Below, piece by piece: positions 1 to 7,793 of a stretch of DNA of 64,000 bases. Position numbers and translations under genes: made by a program. Where the stretch lies: contig JBDTZG010000001.1 of the NCBI GenBank assembly GCA_040005235.1, positions 260,678 through 324,677 on the forward strand. Direction: 5' to 3'. Within the stretch, counting starts at the first letter, position 1, and each line of letters begins with the position of its first letter. This stretch comes from Acidobacteriota bacterium (GTDB lineage: Bacteria; Acidobacteriota; Thermoanaerobaculia; Multivoradales; UBA5704). A model generated the notes under the pieces. The model was not told the DNA's origin and made no database searches. It saw nothing but the letters and a program-made list of their open reading frames with translations.

Positions 1-1053
1 GACCGGCTCCACAATGCGATGTACTACCAGCTGGGCGCCTGCGAATCGCTCATCGAACTATTGCGCGCCCTCTTCCCCGACGGCGAAGACCGCCCGCCCC
101 GGCTTAGGAAGGAGAGCGACCAGAGCTGGACCCTCAACACCCTCGCCAATTCCTACGGCCTCTCCGGCCAACTGCGGCGGGCGGTGCCGTTGTTCGAACA
201 AGCGGCTGTGATCGATGAGCGCCGTGACGATAAGAATGCCCTCGCCATCGGCCTCGGGAACTTGGCAACCCCGCAAGTCGTGATCGGCGGCCTGCGTTCC
301 GCCGAGGCCAACCTCCGGCGGTCGATCGAGATCTGCCGGGAGATCGACGATGCGTTTTGGGAGGCGGTCGCCCACCGAGAGTTCGGCCGGTTGCTCGGAA
401 TGCGGGGCCGATGGGAAGAGAACGAGGCGGAGCTGGCGGCGGCGCTGGCGGGATTCGAGAAAATGGATCACGTCCAAAGCCAAGGCATCGTCTAGGCCTA
501 CCGCGCGCTCCTTCACCTGCTGCGCCTCCGCGCCAGAGAAGCCCTCGATCCGGCGAACGATCGTGAGAACGCCCTCGCCGCCGCGCGTCGCGCCCTGGAG
601 CTGGCGGACGAATATGCCCGAACGGACTACCCGGTCGAGCGCGACTATGTCCGCGCCCATTGGCTGCTCGGCGCGGCCTGGCGCGAGAGCGGAGACCTGG
701 AGCAAGCCGAACGGCACCTGACCGAGGCGCTGGAGCGGTGCCGGCGAATCAACCTCGTCGAGTTCGAGGCCGACATTCTGATCGACCTCGGCCGCTTGCG
801 ACGGGCGCAGGGCGACGCGGCCGAAGCACGGCGGCTGGGAGTGGAGGCCATGACGGTCGCGGAGCGCTGCGGGTACGTGCTCAAGGGGGCGGACGCGCAC
901 CTGCTTCTTTCGGAACTGGATCGCGCGGAGGGAAAGACCGCCTCGGCCCGCGAGCATGCCTTGGCGGCGCGCCGGCTCGCGACGTGCGACGGGGACGACT
1001 TTATGTACAAGGTGGCTTACGAGGAGGCGGAGGCGATTCTGGGGGGCTTGTAA
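1..1053 (+). pseudogene. TPR-repeat protein, 3' part (runs off window start), interrupted by an in-frame TAG at 493-495
   Basis: Frame 1 is open from base 1 to TAA at 1051-1053 except for one TAG (...QSQGIV*AYRALLHL...). ORFs 19..495 and 796..1053 share this frame. TPR-like helices occur on both sides (AEANLRRSIEICREI; AERHLTEALERCRRIN). Confidence 0.75.
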
Positions 1054-1104
1054 AGGCTCCCTCGGTGTCGGCCTCGACGCCAAGGTCGTTTCGTCCTCGG
1101 GCTC

Positions 1105-1190
1105 CCTGGGACCGCCGGCGGCCTCGCCGGCTTCGACGAGGCGGAAACGTCGGCGCTTCGAAGGCCGGCGGGGACGCCGGCGCTCCCAGG
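1105..1190. repeat. Inverted pair of CCTGGGA(C/G)CGCCG-type REP palindromes
   Basis: cctgggaccgccggcggcctcgccggc (1105-1131) and gccggcggggacgccggcgctcccagg (1164-1190) lie between convergent genes. They have the same terminal motif as the REPs flanking the RAYT at 63.2-63.9 kb. Confidence 0.8.
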
Positions 1191-1227
1191 ATCCCGTAGG
1201 GAAAGCCGCTCGGCGACTCGTTCCCTT

Positions 1228-4200
1228 CTACTCAAAATACCCCGCCACATCCACGATCACATGCACCGTCCCCGATCCCAACACGAACGCCGAGGCCGCG
1301 TAGCTTCCGCTGCCGTCGGTCGCGAGTTGAACCAGCGCGTTGTTCGTGCGGGTCTGGCCGGCGCTGAAGTTCAGTGTCGCGACCCCCGGGGCGGGGAGGT
1401 CGCCGGGGTAGAGGGTGAGGAAGCCGAGTGAAGTCGGTGCCGTCACCGTGACGTTCGCCGCGATGGCGGTCGCGGTCGTCGGCACGCCGCAGAGTCCGTG
1501 GGCGGCTCGGATGCGGGGCACTCCTGAGGCGAGCGGTCCGGCTCCGTCGCTGCGACTGTCGTAGAGCCGGCAGGGGGTCACGGTGAAGTACTGGCCGAGG
1601 TTCGCGTTTTTGGCGGCGAAGACGTCGGATGCGCGGTTTCGGTCGTCGGCCACCAGGTCGCTCGACGTCGAGGCGAACACCACGACGCTGCCGTCGGCGC
1701 TGATCTGCGGGTTCGCGGAGGCCCCGCTCGGCCCGGGCGTCGGACCGGCGAACGGCCGGCTCACAAGCGCGTTCGTGGCGTGGAGGCGATCGAAGAGAAA
1801 GACGTTAGTCCGTGCCGGCGAACCGGCGGCGAGCGCCGCGCCGCTTGCGTAGGCGAAGAATCGGCCGTCGCGGCTGATGGACGGCGGGCTCGCCGCGTCG
1901 ATGCTGAACGCGAGCAGGGGATTGCCCACCGCGTGGCTGATGAGGGTGCTGGTTCCGGTCAGCCGATCGAACAGGAAAAGATCGGAGATGCCGTTGCCGT
2001 CGCTTTGCCCCGTCACCAGGTCGGTCGCCCGGCAGGAGTAGGCGACATAGCGTCCGTCACCGCTCGGCCGCGCCTCGTCGCAGGGGGCGTTGCCGGTGGT
2101 GGCGGGGGTTCCGGCTTTGCGGCTCACCAAGACGTTGACCGTCGTCGTCCGATCGAAGAGGAAGACGTCATCCCCGCCATTGCCTTCGACCTGGCTCGAA
2201 ACGACGTCGAACGCATCGCTGCGAAACGCGACCCATCTTCCGTCGGCGCTGATCTCCGGCGCATGCGAGGTTCCGACCACCGGGCCGTTCGGGGTGTCGA
2301 AGGAGCGGCTCGCCAAGTCGGCGACGCCGGTCTGGGCGTCGTACACGAAGACGTCCAAAAATCCCTGGTTGTCGAACTGCCCGGGAGAGACGTTCGAGCC
2401 GAGGCTTTCGAAGGCCAGATAGCGACCCGAGGCGTCGAGCGAGACGTGTCCGGACGGGGCGTTCGCCGCGGTGGTGGTGGAGCTGTTGTCGTGGCTTGCG
2501 AGGACCGTGGTTCCGGCGACTCGATCGAACAGGAAGACGTCCGGCCCGTTGTTGGTATCGATCTGCCCGGACACCAGGTTGATCGCGCCGCTCACGAACG
2601 CGAGGAATCGCCCATCGGCCGAGATCGCATGGGGCGCCGGGTCGTCGAACAACGCCTTGCCGGCGGGCGAGATGGCGATCCTCTGCACCGAAGCGGCGAC
2701 GCGGTCTTCGAGGTAGAGACCGACGGTGCCCGGCGGCAGAGGCGTGGCGACGAGGTCGGTCGCCGCGCTCCAGAACGCGAAATAACGGCCGTCCGCGCTC
2801 GCGATTCCGGCGTCTGAAAGATCGCTTCCTCCGGCGAGCGGAGCGCCCGAGGCATGGCTCACGATCGCGGACGTCGCCGCCGTCCGATCGCGTCGGTAGA
2901 CCTGGGTCGGGCCGGCGAATCCGATCTGCCCGGCGACCAGCCCGATCGCGCTGCTGGTGAAGGACACGTACCGACCGGTCGCGTCGAGCGCGGCGATCGG
3001 CCGGCCGAGCACGTAGCTCGCTCCGCCGTTGGTCGCCGAGGGACGGTCGGCCGCTCGGCGGGTGATCAGGTGGTTGGTCGTCTGATCCCACTCGAACAGC
3101 TCGGAGGTGCCGTTCGTATCGGTGATCCCCGCGACCAGATCGACTGCCGGGCTCGAGTAGACGACCGCCGTTCCGCTACTCGAGATCGCGAGAGCTCGTT
3201 CGCCGAACTGGGGGAGGCCGGCCCGGTTGGCCGCACCCGCGGCATGCGAGATGAGGGTCAAATCTCCCGTAAGGCGGTCGTACAGAAAGACGTCGGAACC
3301 GCCGCCGGTGTCGACCTGACCCGTCACCAGCCCGGGATCGGGACTCGCGAACGCCACCCATCGCCCGGCGCCGGCGCGAGAGATCGCCGGGTGTGTGGCG
3401 TTGGTCCCTCCCACGCTGAAATCGCCGCTCTTGTGGCTCGCGAGCGCTATGCCGCCGCTCTGTTCGGAAAAGAGGAAAACATCGCTCGTCGTCGGGTCGG
3501 GATCCCCCGCCCCCCCGATATGGTTTCTCCCGAAACCCGCAAAGGCGACCCAGAGAAAAGCTTTGTCGCCCGTCATCGAAAGCTCGGTGACGCCGCCATC
3601 GCCCGTGGTCGTCGGCGAGACGGCGGTGTGGCTCACCAAGATCGTCGAGCCGCTCGGCCGGCGCCAGAAGAAAGCGTCGGCCGCGCCGTTCGTGTCGGTT
3701 CCGCTCGCCACCAGATTGGTTGCAGTCGAAAGGAAGGCCACCGCATCGTCGGCGATCGCGAGCCGGCCGGTGGCGCTGCCGTTGCCCGCCGTCACCAACG
3801 ATCCGGCAGCGTGACTCACTAGCGCGGTCGTGTCGCTCGCCTGGTCCCAGTGGAAGACGTCGGCCTCGCCGTTGGTGTCGATCTGGCCGGCCACCAGGTC
3901 AGCGGCAAAGCTAAGGAAGGCGACCCTGCCAAACGAGTGCGCCGGAGAAAACGACGGCCCAGCGCCAGTCTTCGCAGGGTTGCCGGCGACGTGGCTGACG
4001 AGAGTGATGATTCCCGAATCTCGGCTCCAGAGGAAGACGTCGGTTTCACCGTTGGGATCAACCTGGCCGGCGACCATGTCGGTCGCTGCGCTGGCGAAAG
4101 CCACCCAGGCCCCATCGCCCAGGAGCGTCGCGGAGACGACTCCTCCGTTGCCGGTGGTGGCGGGGAAACCCGCGGCGTGGCTGACCAGGACGTTGGTGCC

Positions 4201-4665
4201 GGCGGTGCGATCCCAGAGATAGACGTCGTAACCGGAATTGGCATCGGTGACCCCGGCCACCAGGTCCGACGCTCCCGACAGATACGCGACGTAGCGACCG
4301 TCGTCGGAAATCTCCGGATTTCCGGAAGTCCCCGCGGCCGCCGTCGTGGCGCCGCCCACCGTGTGGCTCACTAGCGTCGTGGTTCCCAGGGTGCGGTCCC
4401 ACAAGAAGACGTCCGCACCGTCGTTGCCGTCGATCTGCCCGTCCGCAAGGCCGATCGAATCGCTCGAATACGCGACGTACCGGCCGTCGAGGCTGGCCGC
4501 GGGCCGTAGGTCGAAGCCGGCCCCAGGTACCTCGCCGATGGCGGTATCCGAAATCGTCGCGGCGCGCGAGATCAGCTCGACCTGAGGCAAGAGGGCGGCG
4601 GGGAAGAGGAATACGGCAAGGACCGTCATGCGGAGAAGGGTGGCGGCCGGGGGCGTCGTTATCAT
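1228..4665 (-). CDS. Secreted TolB/PD40-like beta-propeller repeat protein with a conserved C-terminal domain
   Basis: 1145 aa with a signal-like N-terminus and many P-x-ISxDGRYVAFxSxAxxLVxGxxDxNxxxDVFLxDR repeats. Ends in an FTVTPCRLYDSR...CGVP...NVTV...GFLTLYP...LNF...GQTR.NNA...VHVIVDVAGYFE domain. Confidence 0.85.
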   Translation of the reverse strand: MITTPPAATLLRMTVLAVFLFPAALLPQVELISRAATISDTAIGEVPGAGFDLRPAASLDGRYVAYSSDSIGLADGQIDGNDGADVFLWDRTLGTTTLVSHTVGGATTAAAGTSGNPEISDDGRYVAYLSGASDLVAGVTDANSGYDVYLWDRTAGTNVLVSHAAGFPATTGNGGVVSATLLGDGAWVAFASAATDMVAGQVDPNGETDVFLWSRDSGIITLVSHVAGNPAKTGAGPSFSPAHSFGRVAFLSFAADLVAGQIDTNGEADVFHWDQASDTTALVSHAAGSLVTAGNGSATGRLAIADDAVAFLSTATNLVASGTDTNGAADAFFWRRPSGSTILVSHTAVSPTTTGDGGVTELSMTGDKAFLWVAFAGFGRNHIGGAGDPDPTTSDVFLFSEQSGGIALASHKSGDFSVGGTNATHPAISRAGAGRWVAFASPDPGLVTGQVDTGGGSDVFLYDRLTGDLTLISHAAGAANRAGLPQFGERALAISSSGTAVVYSSPAVDLVAGITDTNGTSELFEWDQTTNHLITRRAADRPSATNGGASYVLGRPIAALDATGRYVSFTSSAIGLVAGQIGFAGPTQVYRRDRTAATSAIVSHASGAPLAGGSDLSDAGIASADGRYFAFWSAATDLVATPLPPGTVGLYLEDRVAASVQRIAISPAGKALFDDPAPHAISADGRFLAFVSGAINLVSGQIDTNNGPDVFLFDRVAGTTVLASHDNSSTTTAANAPSGHVSLDASGRYLAFESLGSNVSPGQFDNQGFLDVFVYDAQTGVADLASRSFDTPNGPVVGTSHAPEISADGRWVAFRSDAFDVVSSQVEGNGGDDVFLFDRTTTVNVLVSRKAGTPATTGNAPCDEARPSGDGRYVAYSCRATDLVTGQSDGNGISDLFLFDRLTGTSTLISHAVGNPLLAFSIDAASPPSISRDGRFFAYASGAALAAGSPARTNVFLFDRLHATNALVSRPFAGPTPGPSGASANPQISADGSVVVFASTSSDLVADDRNRASDVFAAKNANLGQYFTVTPCRLYDSRSDGAGPLASGVPRIRAAHGLCGVPTTATAIAANVTVTAPTSLGFLTLYPGDLPAPGVATLNFSAGQTRTNNALVQLATDGSGSYAASAFVLGSGTVHVIVDVAGYFE

Positions 4666-4761
4666 GGGGGGCTCGCGATCGGTAGAGGGACGGAGGATGG
4701 CCGGATCTTATCCGTCCGCGCTATCCTTCGGCTCGCCCCTTCCTTTCTTGGAGTCCTTGCG

Positions 4762-5802
4762 ATGGCTCAGATCAGCCGCTTTCTCTTCCTCCGCCACCTG
4801 CGCGCGGAGCCGAACCAGACGATCCTCCATTTCCATCGCGGCAAGCTTGCGCGGAGCGGGCCGGGCATCGCCTACTGGTTCCATCCGCTGTCGGCCGCTG
4901 TGCTCCAGGTGCCGGTGGAAGACATCGCGAGCACGTTCGTGCTGCGGGAGCGTTCGGCCGACCTCCAGGAAATCGCGGTGCAGATTACCCTCGCCTATCG
5001 CGTGGCGGACGCCGAAAAGGCCGGCCGGCGGATCAACTTCACCATCGGCCTCGGCACCGGCGCCTGGCTCGAACAGCCGCTCGAACGGCTCGCCGGCCTC
5101 TGGTCGCGCTGGGCGCAGGAGCCCGTGCGCGAAACCCTGATGCGCTTGGCCCTGGTCGACGCCGTGCGCACCGGAGCCGCGACGATCCGCGCGGCGCTCG
5201 ATCCGGCGCTCCGCGGCAACGTCGAAGCGGCGGAGATGGGGCTCGCGCTGGTGAGCGTCCAGGTCGACCAGGTGGTGCCGAACGCGGAGAACGAGAAAGC
5301 TCTCCAGACGCCGACCCGAGAGGCGATCCAGCAGAAAGCGGACGAGGCGACGTTCCAGCGTCGCGCGATGGCGGTTGAAAAAGAGCGGGCGATCAAGGAG
5401 AACGAGCTCGCGACCGAGGTCGAGCTGGCGCGGCGGCAGGAAGAGCTGATCCGCCAGGAGGCGTCGAACCGGCTGCTCTCGGTCCGCGAGGACGCCGGGG
5501 CGCAAAGGCTGGCGATCGAGGCGCAGGCCGAGCGCGAGGGGATCGCCGCCGAGGCGGCTTCGCGTGACGCGAAAACCCGCGCGGCGGGCGAAGCGGAAGC
5601 CAAGCGCCTGCTGCTCGACACCGATCTCGCCGCCGAAGCGCGACGGGCGGAAATCTGGTCCGTCGCGCCGCCCTCCGTGCTGCTCGGCTTCGCGCTTCAG
5701 CAGTTCGCGGGCAAGATCGGCTCGATCGAGCATCTGAACGTCACGCCCGATCTGCTCGGCGACCTGCTCCAGCGCTTCGCCCTGCGCCAGTCTGGGGAGT
5801 AA
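4762..5802 (+). CDS. SPFH/band 7 (flotillin-like) domain protein
   Basis: 346 aa; band-7 core (DLQEIAVQITLAYRV) and coiled-coil AIQQKADEATFQRRAMAVEKERAIKENEL; C-terminal IEHLNVTPDLL. Confidence 0.85.
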   Translation: MAQISRFLFLRHLRAEPNQTILHFHRGKLARSGPGIAYWFHPLSAAVLQVPVEDIASTFVLRERSADLQEIAVQITLAYRVADAEKAGRRINFTIGLGTGAWLEQPLERLAGLWSRWAQEPVRETLMRLALVDAVRTGAATIRAALDPALRGNVEAAEMGLALVSVQVDQVVPNAENEKALQTPTREAIQQKADEATFQRRAMAVEKERAIKENELATEVELARRQEELIRQEASNRLLSVREDAGAQRLAIEAQAEREGIAAEAASRDAKTRAAGEAEAKRLLLDTDLAAEARRAEIWSVAPPSVLLGFALQQFAGKIGSIEHLNVTPDLLGDLLQRFALRQSGE

Positions 5803-5808
5803 GCGCAC

Positions 5809-6732
5809 GTGGCGCACGCGCCGTCCCGCAGCCGGCCGCGGGTCGTGTTGGTGACCCGCAAGACCTCCCTCGAAGGTCTGCGCGAGTCGCGGGGCACGCT
5901 CGATCAGGTGCGCTTCTACCTCGCCTCGCGCGGCCAGGACATCGCCTGGCACCAAGAGGCGCACGACCGCTTCGTCGCCGCCTACGCGCAGGTCGAGGGC
6001 GCGATCCCCGCCGACCAGCGCCGGGTGCGGATCGACCGCGGCGACCTCGATCGGTTCCTGTTCGCGCCCGACGATCTGATCCTTGTGGTCGGCCAAGACG
6101 GCCTGGTCGCGAACGTCGCGAAATACCTCTCGGGCCAGAGGGTGATCGGCATCAACTCCGACCCCGAGCGCTTCGACGGCGTGCTCTGCCGCCACCCGCC
6201 CGGAATGGCGCCGATCCTGCTCCACTGGGCGGCGGGCGGCCCCGGCGGCCCCTTCCGGATCGAAACCCGCACGATGGCGCTCGCCGAGCGCGAAGACGGA
6301 CAGACGCTCTTGGCGCTCAACGAGGTGTTCGTCGGCCATCGCACCCACCAGTCGGCCCGCTACACGATCGAAGTCGGCGGGAAAAGCGAGCGCCACTCCT
6401 CCTCCGGAGTCCTTTGCGCCACCGGCACCGGAGCGACCGGCTGGGCGCGCTCGATCTGCGAGCAGCGGAAGGTGAAGAAAAAGCTGCCGCGCGCGACCGA
6501 CCCGCATCTCGCCTGGATGGTCCGCGAGCCGTTCCCCTCCGTCTCGACCGGCGTGGCGCTCGACTTCGGACTGCTCGCCTCGGGCGCCCGGCTGGTGCTC
6601 CATTCCGAAATGGCCGAAGGGGGGGCGATCTTCGCCGACGGCATCGAAAGCGACGCGCTCGAATTCTTGGGAGGGCAGAGCGTCACCGTACGCCGCGCGG
6701 ACGAAGCGCTCCATCTGGTGGTGCCGGCCTAA
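5809..6732 (+). CDS. NAD kinase-like (ATP-NAD kinase family) protein
   Basis: Motifs VVGQDG (GGDG variant), LALNE and SSGVLCATGTGATGW; starts 6 bp after the SPFH gene. Confidence 0.8.
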   Translation: MAHAPSRSRPRVVLVTRKTSLEGLRESRGTLDQVRFYLASRGQDIAWHQEAHDRFVAAYAQVEGAIPADQRRVRIDRGDLDRFLFAPDDLILVVGQDGLVANVAKYLSGQRVIGINSDPERFDGVLCRHPPGMAPILLHWAAGGPGGPFRIETRTMALAEREDGQTLLALNEVFVGHRTHQSARYTIEVGGKSERHSSSGVLCATGTGATGWARSICEQRKVKKKLPRATDPHLAWMVREPFPSVSTGVALDFGLLASGARLVLHSEMAEGGAIFADGIESDALEFLGGQSVTVRRADEALHLVVPA

Positions 6733-6739
6733 GGCGGCC

Positions 6740-6784
6740 GAAAAGAAAGACCCGCCGGGCTAAAAGGCCGCCAAGCCCGGCGGG
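6740..6784 (-). terminator. Rho-independent terminator of the peptide gene
   Basis: 11-bp stem cccgccgggct (6751-6761)/agcccggcggg (6774-6784), followed on the minus strand by TCTTTCTTTT. Confidence 0.75.
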
Positions 6785-6790
6785 CTGTCG

Positions 6791-7006
6791 CTAGCAGGCC
6801 TGCCCAGAGACGCAGCCGGTCTGCGTCACGCAGGGGCTGACGACGGTGGCGCAGTTGACGTTGCTCTTGCAGGTGAAATACAGCGTGTTGCAGCCCGAGG
6901 TGATGCAGCCCGGGACGGTCGTGGCGCCGACGGCGCCTTCCAGCTCGCCTTCGAGCGCCCGAACCGTTTCCCGATTGAGATTGAGCTTCTTGATCGACTT
7001 GCGCAT
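6791..7006 (-). CDS. 71-aa lanthipeptide-like RiPP precursor
   Basis: MRKSIKKLNLNRETVRALEGELEGAVGA-TTVPGCITSGCNTLYFTCKSNVNCATVVSPCVTQTGCVSGQAC. KKLxLxxETVxxL leader, VGA cleavage-like site, core with 7 Cys and many Ser/Thr; RBS AGAAGGAG upstream; own terminator. Confidence 0.8.
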   Translation of the reverse strand: MRKSIKKLNLNRETVRALEGELEGAVGATTVPGCITSGCNTLYFTCKSNVNCATVVSPCVTQTGCVSGQAC

Positions 7007-7122
7007 GGGTGTCTCCTTCTTCCGAGAGAGCGCCGCCCACACCGCGGGCTCGATGCTCGCGGGCAGGCGTTGCGGTTCTGACGCAAGAGGCGGAAGACGA
7101 GGAGAAACGGGGCCAGGCGGTC

Positions 7123-7540
7123 CTACGACCGAAGCGGAGCCACCTGCATCGAGACCCTCTTCGTTCCGGCTCCCGTCGGCTGCTGGCCGACCTCCCGAAA
7201 GCCGAATTTCGCATGGAAGTGGTGAGACCCTTCGTTCGGCGGCTCGACGTCGATCTCGCACGTCACCCGCGGCACTCCGATCTCGCGCGCGTAGGCGAAC
7301 AGGTCGCATGCCGGGTAGTCTCGCGGCCCGCTCGCCCGCCTCCGATCTCGCGCGCGTAGGCGAACAGGTCGTCATACAGGAGAGAGCCGAACCCCTTGCC
7401 TTGAGCCGTGCCGGCGACCACCACGCGGTCGACGTAGAGAAAGCTCGCGTAGCGCTCGACATCGGGCTCAAGAAGTGCTCGGACTCCAAATTGAGCGCGA
7501 GGATCGTCTCGAAGTCGGCGGGGGTGGCGTTGCGGATCAT
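7123..7540 (-). pseudogene. Disrupted GNAT acetyltransferase
   Basis: Three pieces in shifting frames: MIRNATPADFETILALNLESEHFLSPM / ERYASFLYVDRVVVAGTAQGKGFGSLLYDDLFAYARE / IGVPRVTCEIDVEPPNEGSHHFHAKFGFREVG...*. An internal segment appears deleted, and there is a 32-bp duplication (7275-7306 = 7340-7371). Confidence 0.75.
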
Positions 7541-7606
7541 TTTGGAGGCTTGGCTCCCAGGGAATGTCGGTCAACGATACCAGGCGCCCTTTTGGATCGG
7601 AATGAA

Positions 7607-7690
7607 GGGCGGCCACGGGGGGCCGCCCCTACACAGATTTTCCCTTCGCCACCTGAAACCCGATGTAGGGGCGGCCCCCCGTGGCCGCCC
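7607..7690. repeat. Inverted pair of GTAGGGGCG-type REP palindromes
   Basis: gggcggccacggggggccgcccctaca (7607-7633) and its reverse complement tgtaggggcggccccccgtggccgccc (7664-7690). Confidence 0.8.
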
Positions 7691-7793
7691 TGGGCTCACG
7701 ACATTCTTTGACCCGGGGTGAAAAAACTGGCAGCATTTTGCCCCGAGTCCTCCTTTGATGCCGAAGCGAAACCAACGCTAGAAAGCAGGCACT

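Noticed and set aside
493-495. Pyrrolysine or amber recoding
   Set aside because: TAG ends many intact genes in this window (e.g. ku, NYN, 24674 ORF, glucan synthase) and no pyl genes are seen.
6791-7540. 249-aa ORF as a single protein
   Set aside because: Chimera of the GNAT pseudogene start, an out-of-frame middle and the independent 71-aa peptide gene with its own RBS.
7728-7741. Sigma54 promoter TGGCAGCATTTTGC upstream of GH57
   Set aside because: GG-to-GC spacing is 9, not the required 10.
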